A DNA stretch of 63,647 nucleotides, filler included, from Octopus bimaculoides (Eukaryota), in assembly GCF_001194135.2 (NCBI RefSeq). It is 7 parts of 7 records of this genome, joined end to end, with 100 filler letters (N's around TTAATTAATTAA, not from the genome) between each part and the next. Parts side by side here need not be neighbours in the genome. Positions count along the whole stretch, not along the records: positions 62,109 to 63,647 come from NW_026393593.1; 6 more parts are not named here. One strand, written 5' to 3'. The position numbers were made by a program, and so were the translations under genes. The notes under the pieces were generated by a model. The model was given only the letters and a program-made list of their open reading frames with translations, had not been told where the DNA came from and made no database searches. Positions 63,440 through 63,647 of this stretch are shown here, piece after piece. Position 1 is the stretch's first letter; each line of letters starts with the position of its first letter.

Positions 63440-63647
63440 GGATGGTGTTACAGTTTGTAGTAATAGGATGGTGTTGCAGCTTGTTGTGACAATGACGTTG
63501 GTGATTCTGGTTGTAGTGAGAGTGACTGCAGTGCTACAATTTATAGCCATAGCAATGGCGTTACAGTTCGTAGTATCACAATTTGTAGCGATAATGTTGA
63601 TGGTGTTAAATTGACATTGATAGCGGCGTCAGAATTTGTAGTGATAG
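63440..63647. repeat. Degenerate minisatellite (motif close to ATGGTGTTACAGTTTGTAGT)
   Basis: gatggtgttacagtttgtagt, gatggtgttgcagcttgttgt, aatggcgttacagttcgtagt and similar units recur; the array runs off the window end. Confidence 0.6.

Overview
This is eukaryotic, AT-rich, microsatellite-saturated and gap-ridden genomic DNA. The SINE families and (TA)n/(TG)n/(TACA)n density look like an octopus assembly (inference; no database search was run). Almost every ORF in the supplied track is an artefact of simple repeats or N-runs. Supportable content: (1) One likely host gene on the + strand. Its large last coding exon (48089-49092) encodes a Ser/Thr-rich mucin-like stalk, an (SSG/SSE)n repeat, a CKCQC + 'LSATIRRKTSAQDDRPSA' juxtamembrane module, one transmembrane helix and a short tail. 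Frame-compatible phase-1 upstream exon candidates lie at 42801-42875 and 39005-39058. (2) Many transposon relics: several modular tRNA-derived SINE families (two copies with clear target-site duplications, TSDs), Penelope-like element (PLE) GIY-YIG fragments, an R4/Dong-like LINE with an inverted segment, CR1/L2-group LINE fragments, a full-length decayed DD34D mariner and a deleted DD37D (maT-like) element. (3) Several minimal type-I hammerhead-ribozyme-like motifs; two are well formed (41089-41164 minus, 42409-42451 plus) and lie in a predicted intron of the host gene. (4) An intronic inverted pair of tRNA-like sequences. No CRISPR array, rRNA or convincing functional tRNA was seen. SINE family labels A-D are my own working names. 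Repeat boundaries are approximate unless TSD/TIR coordinates are given.
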